A stretch of DNA of 64,000 nucleotides from Candidatus Velthaea sp. (GTDB taxonomy: Bacteria > Vulcanimicrobiota > Vulcanimicrobiia > Vulcanimicrobiales > Vulcanimicrobiaceae). How positions within the stretch are numbered: position 1 is the stretch's first letter; every line of letters begins with the position of its first letter. The notes beneath the pieces are model-generated. The model ran no database searches and was not told the origin of the DNA. It saw only the letters and a list, made by a program, of their open reading frames with translations. The stretch is from the NCBI GenBank assembly GCA_965214935.1, contig CBDCCS010000022.1, positions 320,001 through 384,000 on the forward strand, read 5' to 3'. Position numbers and translations under genes: made by a program. Below are positions 18,550 through 27,636 of this stretch, piece after piece.

Positions 18550-19843
18550 GGACGGCGTCGCCGCGCGGCGTGAGATTCTCCGCGTTGCGAAAGAACGCGG
18601 CGTACGTTACGTGCGGCTCGCGTTCGTCGATATTCTCGGGATTGAAAAGAATATCATGATTCCGGTCAGCGAACTCGAACGCGCGCTGGCCGGACATGTT
18701 ACTTTTGACGGCGGATCGATCGATGGTTTCGTGCGCGGCGAAGAGATCGATATGGTGTTGCAGCCCGATCCGGCAACGTTTGCAATCTTGCCCTGGACGC
18801 ACAACGGCACCGCCGAGGCACGTCTCCTGTGCGATATCGCCATGCCGGACGGCACGCCGTTCGAGGGCTGCCCGCGCTCGACGCTCAAACGCGTGCTCGA
18901 AGACGCCGGCGATGTCGTGTCGCGCGTGCTCACCGCACTCGAAGTGGAGTTTTATCTGTTCAATCGGCAGCCGGACGGCTCGCCGACGACCATGCCGCTC
19001 GACAGCGGTTCGTATTTCGATTTTTCACCCAGCGACCGTGGCGATGAGACGCGTACTGCAATGGTCGCGGCGCTCGAATCGATGGGCATCGTCGTGTCGA
19101 GTGCCCACCACGAGCACGGTGCGGGACAGCATGAGATCGACCTCGCGGCCGCCGGTGCGCTGGCGACGGCCGATCATCTCATTACCGTTCGCGGTGTGGT
19201 CAAGCACATCGCCGATCAAAACAATATTCACGCCACGTTCATGCCGAAGCCGGTCGAGTCGCAAGCCGGAAATGGTTTGCACGCGTATTTCAGTCTCGGC
19301 GACGTCGATGAAGTCGTCCGGCTGCATGCCATCGCCGGTTTGCTGGAGCACGCACCCGGCTTCACCGCCGTTTGCAACCCGACGGTCAATTCGTACAAGC
19401 GGCTCGTCGCAGCCTGGGATGCGCCGATCTATACGGTCTGGTCGCATCGCAGTGCAAATGCGCTTGTCCGGGTGCCGCCGGCGGCTGACGGTCCGCAGCT
19501 TATCGAAGTGCGCAGTCCCGATTCTGCTTGTAATCCGTACCTTGCGATGGCCGTGCTGGTTGAGTCGATTGCCGAAGGGATCCGCGCGCGCGCACTTCCC
19601 GGTGACCCGTTCACCGGCTCGACCTACGAGCTTTCGGAACGCGTGCGCAACGATCGCGGCATCGTCACGCTGCCCAAGTCGCTGCGCTCGGCGCTAACGG
19701 AACTCGACCGCGACATCGTTGTCCGCGGCGCGCTCGGCGACCACATCTATCATGCCTTCCGCGACGCTAAGCTTGCCGAATACGAGCGCTACCGCCGCGC
19801 CGTTCATCCGTGGGAACACGAGGCGTATCTGCGCACGTACTAA
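18533..19843 (+). CDS. Glutamine synthetase type I-like protein with divergent active site
   Basis: FDGGSIDGF, LEVEFYLF, HHEHGAGQHEI, ATFMPKP, NSYKRLV, IEVRSPD, NPYL. Confidence 0.9.
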   Translation: MLSAVKDGVAARREILRVAKERGVRYVRLAFVDILGIEKNIMIPVSELERALAGHVTFDGGSIDGFVRGEEIDMVLQPDPATFAILPWTHNGTAEARLLCDIAMPDGTPFEGCPRSTLKRVLEDAGDVVSRVLTALEVEFYLFNRQPDGSPTTMPLDSGSYFDFSPSDRGDETRTAMVAALESMGIVVSSAHHEHGAGQHEIDLAAAGALATADHLITVRGVVKHIADQNNIHATFMPKPVESQAGNGLHAYFSLGDVDEVVRLHAIAGLLEHAPGFTAVCNPTVNSYKRLVAAWDAPIYTVWSHRSANALVRVPPAADGPQLIEVRSPDSACNPYLAMAVLVESIAEGIRARALPGDPFTGSTYELSERVRNDRGIVTLPKSLRSALTELDRDIVVRGALGDHIYHAFRDAKLAEYERYRRAVHPWEHEAYLRTY

Positions 19844-20284
19844 GACGATCTCGGACGGCAAGCGAAGCACGAGCGGTCTTAGTTTTGCTTCGCATCCTCA
19901 TCACCGCGCATGTGCTGATGATGTCTTCTTAGGCGATGTCTCTCGAACGTCGCAGCCGGCACAAGTGACGTTGTGCGCAGATCCTGGCACGAGGCGTAAT
20001 GTTTGTCGAGGATACGATTCCTCAGCCGTACTGACGCTTTGACGGCTGCGTCGTGCGATGTTGTCGCTCCGCGCGCGCTTGCTCGATCATTTTTGGGGTT
20101 TCCGCCACGCGACCCACGGATCCGTGTGCAATGCATTTGCAGAATGCGAACATGTGGCCTAACGTTCAGCATGCTACTCGGGCAAATCTATGCCGGCGCG
20201 GCGACGTCATTCCCCGTTGTTTTTACTTGCGGCTCAGCCAACCATGCGACGCAATCCGCGCGATCGGTGTTATGCGGTGCAATC

Positions 20285-21106
20285 ATGATCGATCGTCTTG
20301 CCCAATCAGGCCGTCTTCCCACCTTCTTCATACCGCACGGCGGCGGTCCGTGCTTTTTCATTGATTGGCCGGGAGAGATGGCGGGCTCGTGGGACACGCT
20401 GGCCGGCTTTCTGCGCGGGCTGCGTTCGACAATCGGCATGCGTCCGAAAGCAATCGTCGTCATCTCCGCTCACTGGGAAGTCTCGCAACTGACGTTGACC
20501 GACCGCGCCGATTCGGCGCCACTACTTTACGATTATTCCGGATTTCCGCCGCATACTTACGCACTGCAGTATCCGGCACCCGGCTCGCCGGCGGTGGCAC
20601 AGCGCATGCGCGATTTGCTGCAAACGGCGGGCATCCGGTCGCGTTCAAACGTCGAACGCGGTTTCGATCATGGCGTCTTCATACCGTTCATGCTCGTCGA
20701 ACCGGAAGCCGCGATTCCGATCGTGCAACTCTCACTCGTCGCGGGACTCGACCCGAGCTTGCATGTCGCGATCGGCAACGCGCTCGCGCCGCTGCGCGAC
20801 GAGGGTGTGCTCATCGTCGGCAGCGGGATGAGTTATCACAACATGCAAGGCTTCTCTCGTCACGATGCGCCGAACGGTGCCGCCTTCGACACGTGGCTAT
20901 CGCAAACGGTTGAAGCAGATCCGCAGGAGCGAACGCAGCGACTTGTCCGCTGGCGCGAAGCACCCGAGGCGCGGCTCGCGCATCCGCGCGAAGAACACTT
21001 GTTACCGCTGATGGTGGCCGCCGGGGCAGGCGGAGTTGATAGCGGAAAGCGGATTTTTAACGACCGCATTATCGGCGCAACGATTTCCGCTTACCGCTTC
21101 GGTTAA
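20285..21106 (+). CDS. Class III extradiol dioxygenase (DODA/YgiD-like)
   Basis: PHGGGP, ISAHWE, YDYSGFP, RGFDHG, GSGMSYHN, AHPREEHLLPL. Confidence 0.92.
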   Translation: MIDRLAQSGRLPTFFIPHGGGPCFFIDWPGEMAGSWDTLAGFLRGLRSTIGMRPKAIVVISAHWEVSQLTLTDRADSAPLLYDYSGFPPHTYALQYPAPGSPAVAQRMRDLLQTAGIRSRSNVERGFDHGVFIPFMLVEPEAAIPIVQLSLVAGLDPSLHVAIGNALAPLRDEGVLIVGSGMSYHNMQGFSRHDAPNGAAFDTWLSQTVEADPQERTQRLVRWREAPEARLAHPREEHLLPLMVAAGAGGVDSGKRIFNDRIIGATISAYRFG

Positions 21107-21154
21107 TGCCGACATGCACCGCAAGCGGTTCATACGCGTAGAAGGTTTACCGCC

Positions 21155-22537
21155 TTGATCGACATTCGTCCCGCCGACCCCGCCGAACGTAGCGCATTGG
21201 AAGATTTGCAGTTGCGGGCCTCGATCGCTTGGGCAGAATATCGACAACTTCTCGTTGCAAACCGCGACGCGATCGAACTTCCCGTCGAGCAGCTAGTCGA
21301 AGGTCGGACGTTTGTCGCCGAGAGCGACGGCGAAATCGTTGGTTTCGGCGTTATCGTGCGCCGCACGGACGGGAACACCGAACTTGATGGCTTGTTCGTT
21401 GAGCCCAATGCTTGGCGTACGGGCATCGGCACACGGTTGGTTAAGGAAGCGGAGCGTCGCGCAATAAGCGCAGGATCGACAGCATTGCATGTCATCGCGA
21501 ACCCAAGAGCCGAGGCATTTTACTTAGCTTGCGGCTTCGCGTTCGTCGGCGAGGAACAAACTCGATTCGGGATAGCGCGTTCGATGAAAAAGACGTTGAT
21601 GGCGTCGGCTGACGACAAGCTTGCGAACGGCGACAATTCATCGTCGCTCAAAATTGCGGTGCTCGGCGCGGGAAAAATCGGCAGCACCTTTGCCTTTCAA
21701 TTCGCCCGCGCCGGTCACCACGAGGTCACCGTCATCGCGCGACCGGGATCCGTTCGGTTGCAGCAGTTGCAACGCGACAACGGAATCGTCGACGTAAGCG
21801 GCGAGCGAGCGCGGGTCCGGGTAATCGACGCGCTGGACGAGGAGACGCCCTACGATTTGCTGATCGTCACGCTACTCGACCACCAGGCCATCACGCTGCT
21901 CCCGATGTTACAGCGCTGCGCGGCAAAGTGCGTACAATTTATGTTTAATACGTTTTATCCCGAGCGGTTGCAGGACGCGATCGCGGTCGCGCGCTGTACG
22001 TTCGGCATGCCGTTCGTTCAAGCAAGATTAGAGAGCGATGGCAGGCTCAGGGCGGCGATCGGAGCCGGTGGCCAGAAAACCATCATGAGCGAGCAACGCT
22101 GGGTTGCTGTTTTTAATGCTGCTGGTTTGCCGGCTGCGCTCGAACCCGACATGCTGCTCTGGCTGCGCTGTCATGTTCCATTGTGCGTGGCCTTCGAAAG
22201 CGTAGCGGTCGCCGGCGAGCGGCTTGCGGGCGGCGCTTCGTGGGCCGAAGCAATCGTTTTGGCACGCGGCGTCCAGACGAGCTTCGAGCTCATCAAAGGG
22301 CTCGGGTATCGCGTCTACCCGCGCGGAAAACAAATCGTCGCAGCCTGTCCGATTCCGGTATTGGCGACGATGCTGTGGTGCATGTCGCGCATCCGTTCGT
22401 TTCGTGAGGTGTTAGCGACCGGGGAGGCCGAATGCCGGATCCTTGTAGACGATATGGTTGCCGCTGCGCCACGGGCGAAAAAGCCGGTCGATGTGAGCCG
22501 CATTCAAGCCATGAAGCCACGTCAACGAACGGGCTAA
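21155..22537 (+). CDS. Fusion of GNAT acetyltransferase and ketopantoate-reductase-like Rossmann protein
   Basis: N-terminal LFVEPNAWRTGIGTRL...AFYLACGF, then KIAVLGAGKIGS...YDLLIVT in the same frame. Confidence 0.8.
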   Translation: MIDIRPADPAERSALEDLQLRASIAWAEYRQLLVANRDAIELPVEQLVEGRTFVAESDGEIVGFGVIVRRTDGNTELDGLFVEPNAWRTGIGTRLVKEAERRAISAGSTALHVIANPRAEAFYLACGFAFVGEEQTRFGIARSMKKTLMASADDKLANGDNSSSLKIAVLGAGKIGSTFAFQFARAGHHEVTVIARPGSVRLQQLQRDNGIVDVSGERARVRVIDALDEETPYDLLIVTLLDHQAITLLPMLQRCAAKCVQFMFNTFYPERLQDAIAVARCTFGMPFVQARLESDGRLRAAIGAGGQKTIMSEQRWVAVFNAAGLPAALEPDMLLWLRCHVPLCVAFESVAVAGERLAGGASWAEAIVLARGVQTSFELIKGLGYRVYPRGKQIVAACPIPVLATMLWCMSRIRSFREVLATGEAECRILVDDMVAAAPRAKKPVDVSRIQAMKPRQRTG

Positions 22538-22562
22538 GCGTAACTTCAGACGAGCGCTTTGT

Positions 22563-23717
22563 CTATTTTGCTGCCGCAGCGACGTTGTTCGACGCAGCGA
22601 CGGCGTCGGCTTCGCGCGAAGGCCTGAAAACGCGCTTGAGCGTGCCGGAAAACCAGCTTGCATCATCCTTGAGAAAGTAACCCGTTTCGACGAAGTACGT
22701 CGCAAGCTGCGGGCGTTTTGCCGCTAAGCGTACCAGCACATCGCCGCCGCCTCGAAACAGCGTACGCATGCGCCGCGCTTCACGTTCATTTCGATCGAAA
22801 CGCAGAAGTCCGCGTTCGTACGCCGGGCCGGCTAGCCGTACGTTTCCGTTCGCAGCGATCAAAGCGCGCGCGGCGTCGCGACCGGTCGCGAGCGCCTGAG
22901 ACACGCCTTCGGCGGACAGCGGATCGGCAACGCCGGCGGCATCACCGATCAGGAAAGCGCCACCGGCGTAGCGTCGTGCGCGACCTGACGGAATCACGCC
23001 GCCTTTTACATCGGCGACGGCCGGACGTTCACCGAGCGTCGCGCGTGCCAGGCGGCTTGTCGCCAGCCAATATGTCAGCAATGCCCGCAGATCGCCGCCC
23101 GAATCACCGACGACGCGTGAATCGACGGCCAGGCCGACATTCACGCGCCGTGCGGCAACCGGAAAAATCCATGCGTAACCCGGCGTGAGCGGACGCGCGT
23201 AATGGACGGCATATTCGAGCGGAACGTCGTGCGCCGTTTCGACGTAGCCGCGCACCGCGACGAGTTGCGAACGAAACGCCGGAAAGCCGCGCTTGTGCGC
23301 AAGACCGCCGGTCGCTCCTTCGGCCAACAGCACGGCGTCGTCATCAAGATCCTCGAGCCTGCGAATCGTCGTATTCGGGTGGAACGCGGCGCCCGCTGCG
23401 ACGGCTGCATCGATGAGCAATGCATCGAATGCACGGCGCTGCATCGTCGTTCCGGCCGGCAGTCCGGCCGGCCATCCGGCGCGGACCGCTACCTCGGACG
23501 GTCCGGAAATGAGCGTTGCATCGAGCTGTGGCCGGCCCGCGACGCTCAGGCCGAGTTCGGCAAGTTGCATGACGCTCGAGGGCGTCAGCCCGTCGCCGCA
23601 GGTCTTTGCCCGGGGCCACGACGACTTTTCATAAATCGTCACGCGCGCGCCGGCCCGTGCAAGTTCGATTGCGGCCGCCGAACCGGCCGGTCCGGCGCCG
23701 ACGACGGCAACGCGCAC
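22563..23717 (-). CDS. Geranylgeranyl reductase-family FAD-dependent oxidoreductase
   Basis: VVGAGPAG, KTCGDGL, GYAWIFP, LIGDAAG...PLSAEG; GTG overlaps the upstream TAG. Confidence 0.9.
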   Translation of the reverse strand: MRVAVVGAGPAGSAAAIELARAGARVTIYEKSSWPRAKTCGDGLTPSSVMQLAELGLSVAGRPQLDATLISGPSEVAVRAGWPAGLPAGTTMQRRAFDALLIDAAVAAGAAFHPNTTIRRLEDLDDDAVLLAEGATGGLAHKRGFPAFRSQLVAVRGYVETAHDVPLEYAVHYARPLTPGYAWIFPVAARRVNVGLAVDSRVVGDSGGDLRALLTYWLATSRLARATLGERPAVADVKGGVIPSGRARRYAGGAFLIGDAAGVADPLSAEGVSQALATGRDAARALIAANGNVRLAGPAYERGLLRFDRNEREARRMRTLFRGGGDVLVRLAAKRPQLATYFVETGYFLKDDASWFSGTLKRVFRPSREADAVAASNNVAAAAK

Positions 23718-25147
23718 TACCGCGCTGCCGGTACGTGCGCTCGTGCGCGCAGTAAACGCCAAGCGAATGCGACGTCGTCGATCGTCGTCCGCTCGTTGCC
23801 GATCGCGATGCGCAAAACGACGCGGCCGTCGAGTTTGGTATGCGATAGAAAGATCTCGCCGGACGCATTGAGCGCGTGCATGAGTGCAAGATTGTGCGCA
23901 TCGAGCGCGTCGCCCGCGAGTTCCGGCGGAGCATGACGGAAGCACACCACTGAAAGCGGGTGCGGTGCAGCGATCTGCCAATCGCGCTCGGCCTCAACCC
24001 AACTTGCAAATTCTTGCGCCATGGCGATGTGCCGCCGCAACACCGCCTGCAAGCCGCTCACGCCGTAGCTGCGCATGGCGAACCACAACTTGAGCGCGCG
24101 AAAGCGCCGCCCGAGTTGCAAGCCGTAATCCATGTAATTACGCACGTCGGTCTCCGGGGTCACGAGGTAATCGGCAACGAGGCTGAACGTACGCCGCAAC
24201 AACTCCATGTCGCGCACGTACAGCACGGACAAGTCGACCGGGACGAACAGCCACTTGTGCGGATTGAGTACGATCGAGTCGGCTTCGTACGCACCGGCGA
24301 GCAGCCAGCGAAACTCCGGCAGAATTGCGGCCGGACCGGCATACGCCGCATCGACGTGCAGCCAAATGTTCCGCTCCCGCGTGATCGCACGCAACGCGTC
24401 GACCGGATCGGACGACGTGGTCGAAGTCGTGCCGACCGTGGCAACCACGCACATCGGGCGCGCGCCGCGCGCGATGTCGGCATCGAGCATAGCGGCCAAC
24501 GCGGCGGCGTCCATTGCGTAACCGGCGTCGCACGGCACGCGGCGCACGTTCTCGCGACCGACGCCCAGTGCAATGGCAGCCTTCTCGATATGCGAATGCG
24601 TATGTTCGGTAATGTAGACGCACAACGCCGGCAGATCCGCGCGGCCGGCCATCCCGCGCATCCGAATGTCGAGGTCAAGCGATTCACGGGCCGCGGCAAG
24701 CGCCGTAAAGCCGCTGATCGAAGCCGTATCGTAGATGATCCCCGAGAAGTCGGCGGGCAAGCCGAGCATCTCGCGTAACCAGCCGAGGGTGACGTCCTCG
24801 AGTTCGGTGGCGGCCGGCGACGTCCGCCAAAGCATCGCATTTACATCGAGCGCAGCGGCGAGCGCTTCAGCGAGGACCGTTATCGGAGCGGCGCTGATTG
24901 AAAAGTATGCGAAGAATCGCGGGTGATTCCAATGCGTGATACCCGGAACGATCAATTGCTCGAAATCCGCAAAAATCGCATCGAACGTTTCGGCATCGTG
25001 CGGCGCGCGGTCCGGCAACTGTCGTTTTAAATCGCCCGGCCGGCTGTCCGAAAGGACCCGATAGCTGCGAGTGTCGGTGTAATACCGTTCGATCCATGCA
25101 CCGACTCGCGCAAAGCGGGCGGCGAAGTCGTCGGTGCCCGGCGTCAC
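23717..25147 (-). CDS. Aromatic-L-amino-acid decarboxylase (group II PLP decarboxylase)
   Basis: PGITHWNHPRFFAYF, SPAATELE, HVDAAYAG, NPHKWL, LGRRFRALKLW. Confidence 0.93.
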   Translation of the reverse strand: MTPGTDDFAARFARVGAWIERYYTDTRSYRVLSDSRPGDLKRQLPDRAPHDAETFDAIFADFEQLIVPGITHWNHPRFFAYFSISAAPITVLAEALAAALDVNAMLWRTSPAATELEDVTLGWLREMLGLPADFSGIIYDTASISGFTALAAARESLDLDIRMRGMAGRADLPALCVYITEHTHSHIEKAAIALGVGRENVRRVPCDAGYAMDAAALAAMLDADIARGARPMCVVATVGTTSTTSSDPVDALRAITRERNIWLHVDAAYAGPAAILPEFRWLLAGAYEADSIVLNPHKWLFVPVDLSVLYVRDMELLRRTFSLVADYLVTPETDVRNYMDYGLQLGRRFRALKLWFAMRSYGVSGLQAVLRRHIAMAQEFASWVEAERDWQIAAPHPLSVVCFRHAPPELAGDALDAHNLALMHALNASGEIFLSHTKLDGRVVLRIAIGNERTTIDDVAFAWRLLRARAHVPAAR

Positions 25148-25374
25148 GTCATGCGGGATTGCGGAAGCTGCACGATATCCGTAATTTGATCGATATAAAG
25201 AGTCGCGCCTTCGTCGCCCGCTCCCGCAATGTAAACCGATAGCGAGCGGTCGGAAAGTAACTCGGTGCGCAAATGCCCCGTGTGTGACGTGCCGTCGTCT
25301 AAGTAGACGCGCACGTGCATCCCGGCAAATGTCTCGATTGCTCCGGCATCATACTTTTCATGACGATGTTCCAC
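25144..25374 (-). CDS. Small 76-aa protein, putative Sm/Hfq-like; paralog of 1494-1709
   Basis: GMHVRVYLDDGTSHTG...LYIDQITDI; AAGGGGG RBS; GTGA overlap with the decarboxylase start. Confidence 0.75.
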   Translation of the reverse strand: MEHRHEKYDAGAIETFAGMHVRVYLDDGTSHTGHLRTELLSDRSLSVYIAGAGDEGATLYIDQITDIVQLPQSRMT

Positions 25375-25473
25375 GCTTGAACCCCCTTTTGATTAGCTTC
25401 CCGTGGGACGCCCTTAGCATGGCGCTCGTTCCCGGCTCGCGAAATGGAATCTGCCGCACGTAAGGAGTACTTG

Positions 25474-26532
25474 ATGCAGTACCGCACCTATCCAAAAACC
25501 GACATGACGGTTAGCGAAGTCGGCTTCGGCTTGTGGACCACCTCGACCGGCTGGTGGGGCGAAATGACCGACGAACAGGCCGTCGCACTCATCCGCGATG
25601 CTTACGACCGTTACGGGATTACGCTCTTCGATGCCGCCGACACGTATGCGAACGGCCGGAGTGAAGAACAACTGGGCGCAGCATTCGAGGGCCGGCGCGA
25701 ACGTGTCATCTACTCGACGAAGTTCGGCTATGACTTCTACAATTTTTCCGGCGAACGCAAAGGCCAGAATGAAATTCCGGCCGACTTTTCGCCCGCGTTC
25801 GTCCGGTTTGCGCTCGAGCAATCACTGCGTCGTCTCAAAACCGATTATATCGACATTTATTCCATTCACAACGCGCATCTCGAGCAGGTTCATTCCGACG
25901 AACTTTTCGCGCTGCTCGAAGAGTTCAAAAGCGAAGGCAAGATCCGCTCGTACGGCGTAGCGCTCGGACCGGCGATCGGCTGGCTTTACGAAGGCATCGA
26001 CGCGGCGCGCAAACGCAACGTAACGAACGTTCAGATGATCTGGAATATGCTCGAGCAGTTCCCCGGCAATCAGATGTTGCAAGCCGCGAACGAGGCGCAA
26101 GCCGACACCGGATACCAGATTCGCGTACCGCATTCGAGCGGGATGCTTGAAGGTAAATATACGCTCGACACCGTGTTTCCGCCGAGCGATCACCGATCGC
26201 ATCGGCCGCGTCAATGGCTGCTCAACGGAATGAAGAAAATCGAGACGTTGCGCTTTCTTGAAACGCCCGGCCGAACGCTGGGTCAGGCCGCATTGCAGTG
26301 GCTGCTGGCCGAACCGCGCGTAATGACCGTTTTGCCGAATATTTATGATGCCGAGCAACTCGCCGAATTCGGCACCGCACCGGACAGTCCACGGCTCACG
26401 GCCGATGAACTTGCTCGGATTGCGGAACTCGAGCAAACGAATTTTGGTATCGGTGCCGAGCAAGGCCGCTACAAGGGAACGATGACTGACAGCGCTTACA
26501 ACGAAGCAACCGCGGCCTTGGCGACGGTGTGA
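25474..26532 (+). CDS. Aldo/keto reductase
   Basis: VSEVGFG, FDAADTYANGRSE, SLRRLKTDYIDIYSIH; AAGGAG RBS. Confidence 0.93.
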   Translation: MQYRTYPKTDMTVSEVGFGLWTTSTGWWGEMTDEQAVALIRDAYDRYGITLFDAADTYANGRSEEQLGAAFEGRRERVIYSTKFGYDFYNFSGERKGQNEIPADFSPAFVRFALEQSLRRLKTDYIDIYSIHNAHLEQVHSDELFALLEEFKSEGKIRSYGVALGPAIGWLYEGIDAARKRNVTNVQMIWNMLEQFPGNQMLQAANEAQADTGYQIRVPHSSGMLEGKYTLDTVFPPSDHRSHRPRQWLLNGMKKIETLRFLETPGRTLGQAALQWLLAEPRVMTVLPNIYDAEQLAEFGTAPDSPRLTADELARIAELEQTNFGIGAEQGRYKGTMTDSAYNEATAALATV

Positions 26533-26921
26533 CCGCCAGGCGCGTCTTTACCGACGGCGCGCCGGCTCCGATCGGGCCATACAATCAGGCGGTCGTTGCC
26601 GGCCGTCTGATATTCCTTAGCGGCCAAATCGCGATCGACCCCGCCGCCGGCAAGCTGGTCGACGGCGATGTTGCCGCGCAAACGCGCCAGGTCATGCGGA
26701 ACATCAGCGCCGTGCTGGAAGCCGCGGGCGTTACCTTCACGCATGTTTGTAAGACGACGATCTTTCTCGTCGACATGAGCGACTTTGGCGTCGTCAATCC
26801 GATCTACGGCGAAGCGTTTGCCGGCGGCGTTGCTCCGGCACGCTCGACGGTTGCCGTTGCCGCCTTGCCGCTCGGGGCCCGCATCGAGATCGAAGTCATC
26901 GCTCGAACCGCCAAACGCTAA
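26529..26921 (+). CDS. ridA: RidA/YjgF-family imine deaminase
   Basis: APAPIGPYNQA, SGQI, KTTIFL, PARSTVAVAALP, IEIEVIA. Confidence 0.9.
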   Translation: MTARRVFTDGAPAPIGPYNQAVVAGRLIFLSGQIAIDPAAGKLVDGDVAAQTRQVMRNISAVLEAAGVTFTHVCKTTIFLVDMSDFGVVNPIYGEAFAGGVAPARSTVAVAALPLGARIEIEVIARTAKR

Positions 26922-27463
26922 GTTCGCTGCCGCGGTTGAACGGGCTTTGCTTCGCTTGCCTCGTGAAACTCCGCGCGCCATTGACGGTTGGCCCAGCGCA
27001 GTCGCTCCGTCAAGCATGCCTCTCGCCGCGCGCCGACCATCGCTGCCGTGCAGACGACCGCGACCGGCCGCGCGTGCGCGACGGAGCTTGGGGCGTCGGC
27101 CGGCTTGATGCTCGAAACCGTTTGTCCGCTGAGCGGCCGGCTTGCAGGCGCGGGCTGCAACGCGATCTGCGCGGGCAGCGACGCCGGTTGCGCGCGTGAT
27201 TTGACGATCCGAATCGGGGCAGCAGATGTCCGGCCCGCGCCCGAGCGCAGAGCACGCAGGACGGCAAGCGGCAAGGTCGGTGCGCTATGCCCACGCATGC
27301 TCGGCGCCGCCGGTGCCGTACTGTTTGAGAATTGGTGCCCGACCAACGCGATTGCTACGACAAAGCCCACGATGAACAATGCATTGAGGGCCGGGCCGAT
27401 CGATCGCCGCGCTGCGCGATTGCCGGCCTGCGGCTTCGACGGCGGGTGCGGATTGATGCTCAT
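26918..27463 (-). CDS. Hypothetical single-TM Pro/Ala-rich protein
   Basis: TM segment ALNALFIVGFVVAIALVG, low-complexity linker and a C-terminal Cys pair. Confidence 0.55.
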   Translation of the reverse strand: MSINPHPPSKPQAGNRAARRSIGPALNALFIVGFVVAIALVGHQFSNSTAPAAPSMRGHSAPTLPLAVLRALRSGAGRTSAAPIRIVKSRAQPASLPAQIALQPAPASRPLSGQTVSSIKPADAPSSVAHARPVAVVCTAAMVGARREACLTERLRWANRQWRAEFHEASEAKPVQPRQRT

Positions 27464-27636
27464 ACCTTGGTATCGCTCGTTTCGGCCGGCATCTTTAACA
27501 AGTAACGCACCGAGACCAGCGTGGATGGGGCAGATGGAGCGAACCGGACCCAAACCGCCGGCGGTCGTCGAGGGGAACCGCGCCGGGTTGCCGGAGTCTT
27601 ACCGGTCAGCACTTTGTCAGGAGTAAGCGAGCTACG

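Noticed and set aside
20175..20215. GGGCAAA...GACG resembling a c-di-GMP-I riboswitch
   Set aside because: Lacks the GAAA tetraloop stem, GCAAA and the second hairpin.
27520..27610. GC-rich stems upstream of fumC as a cis-regulatory RNA
   Set aside because: Short stems are expected by chance at this GC content, and no known consensus is present.
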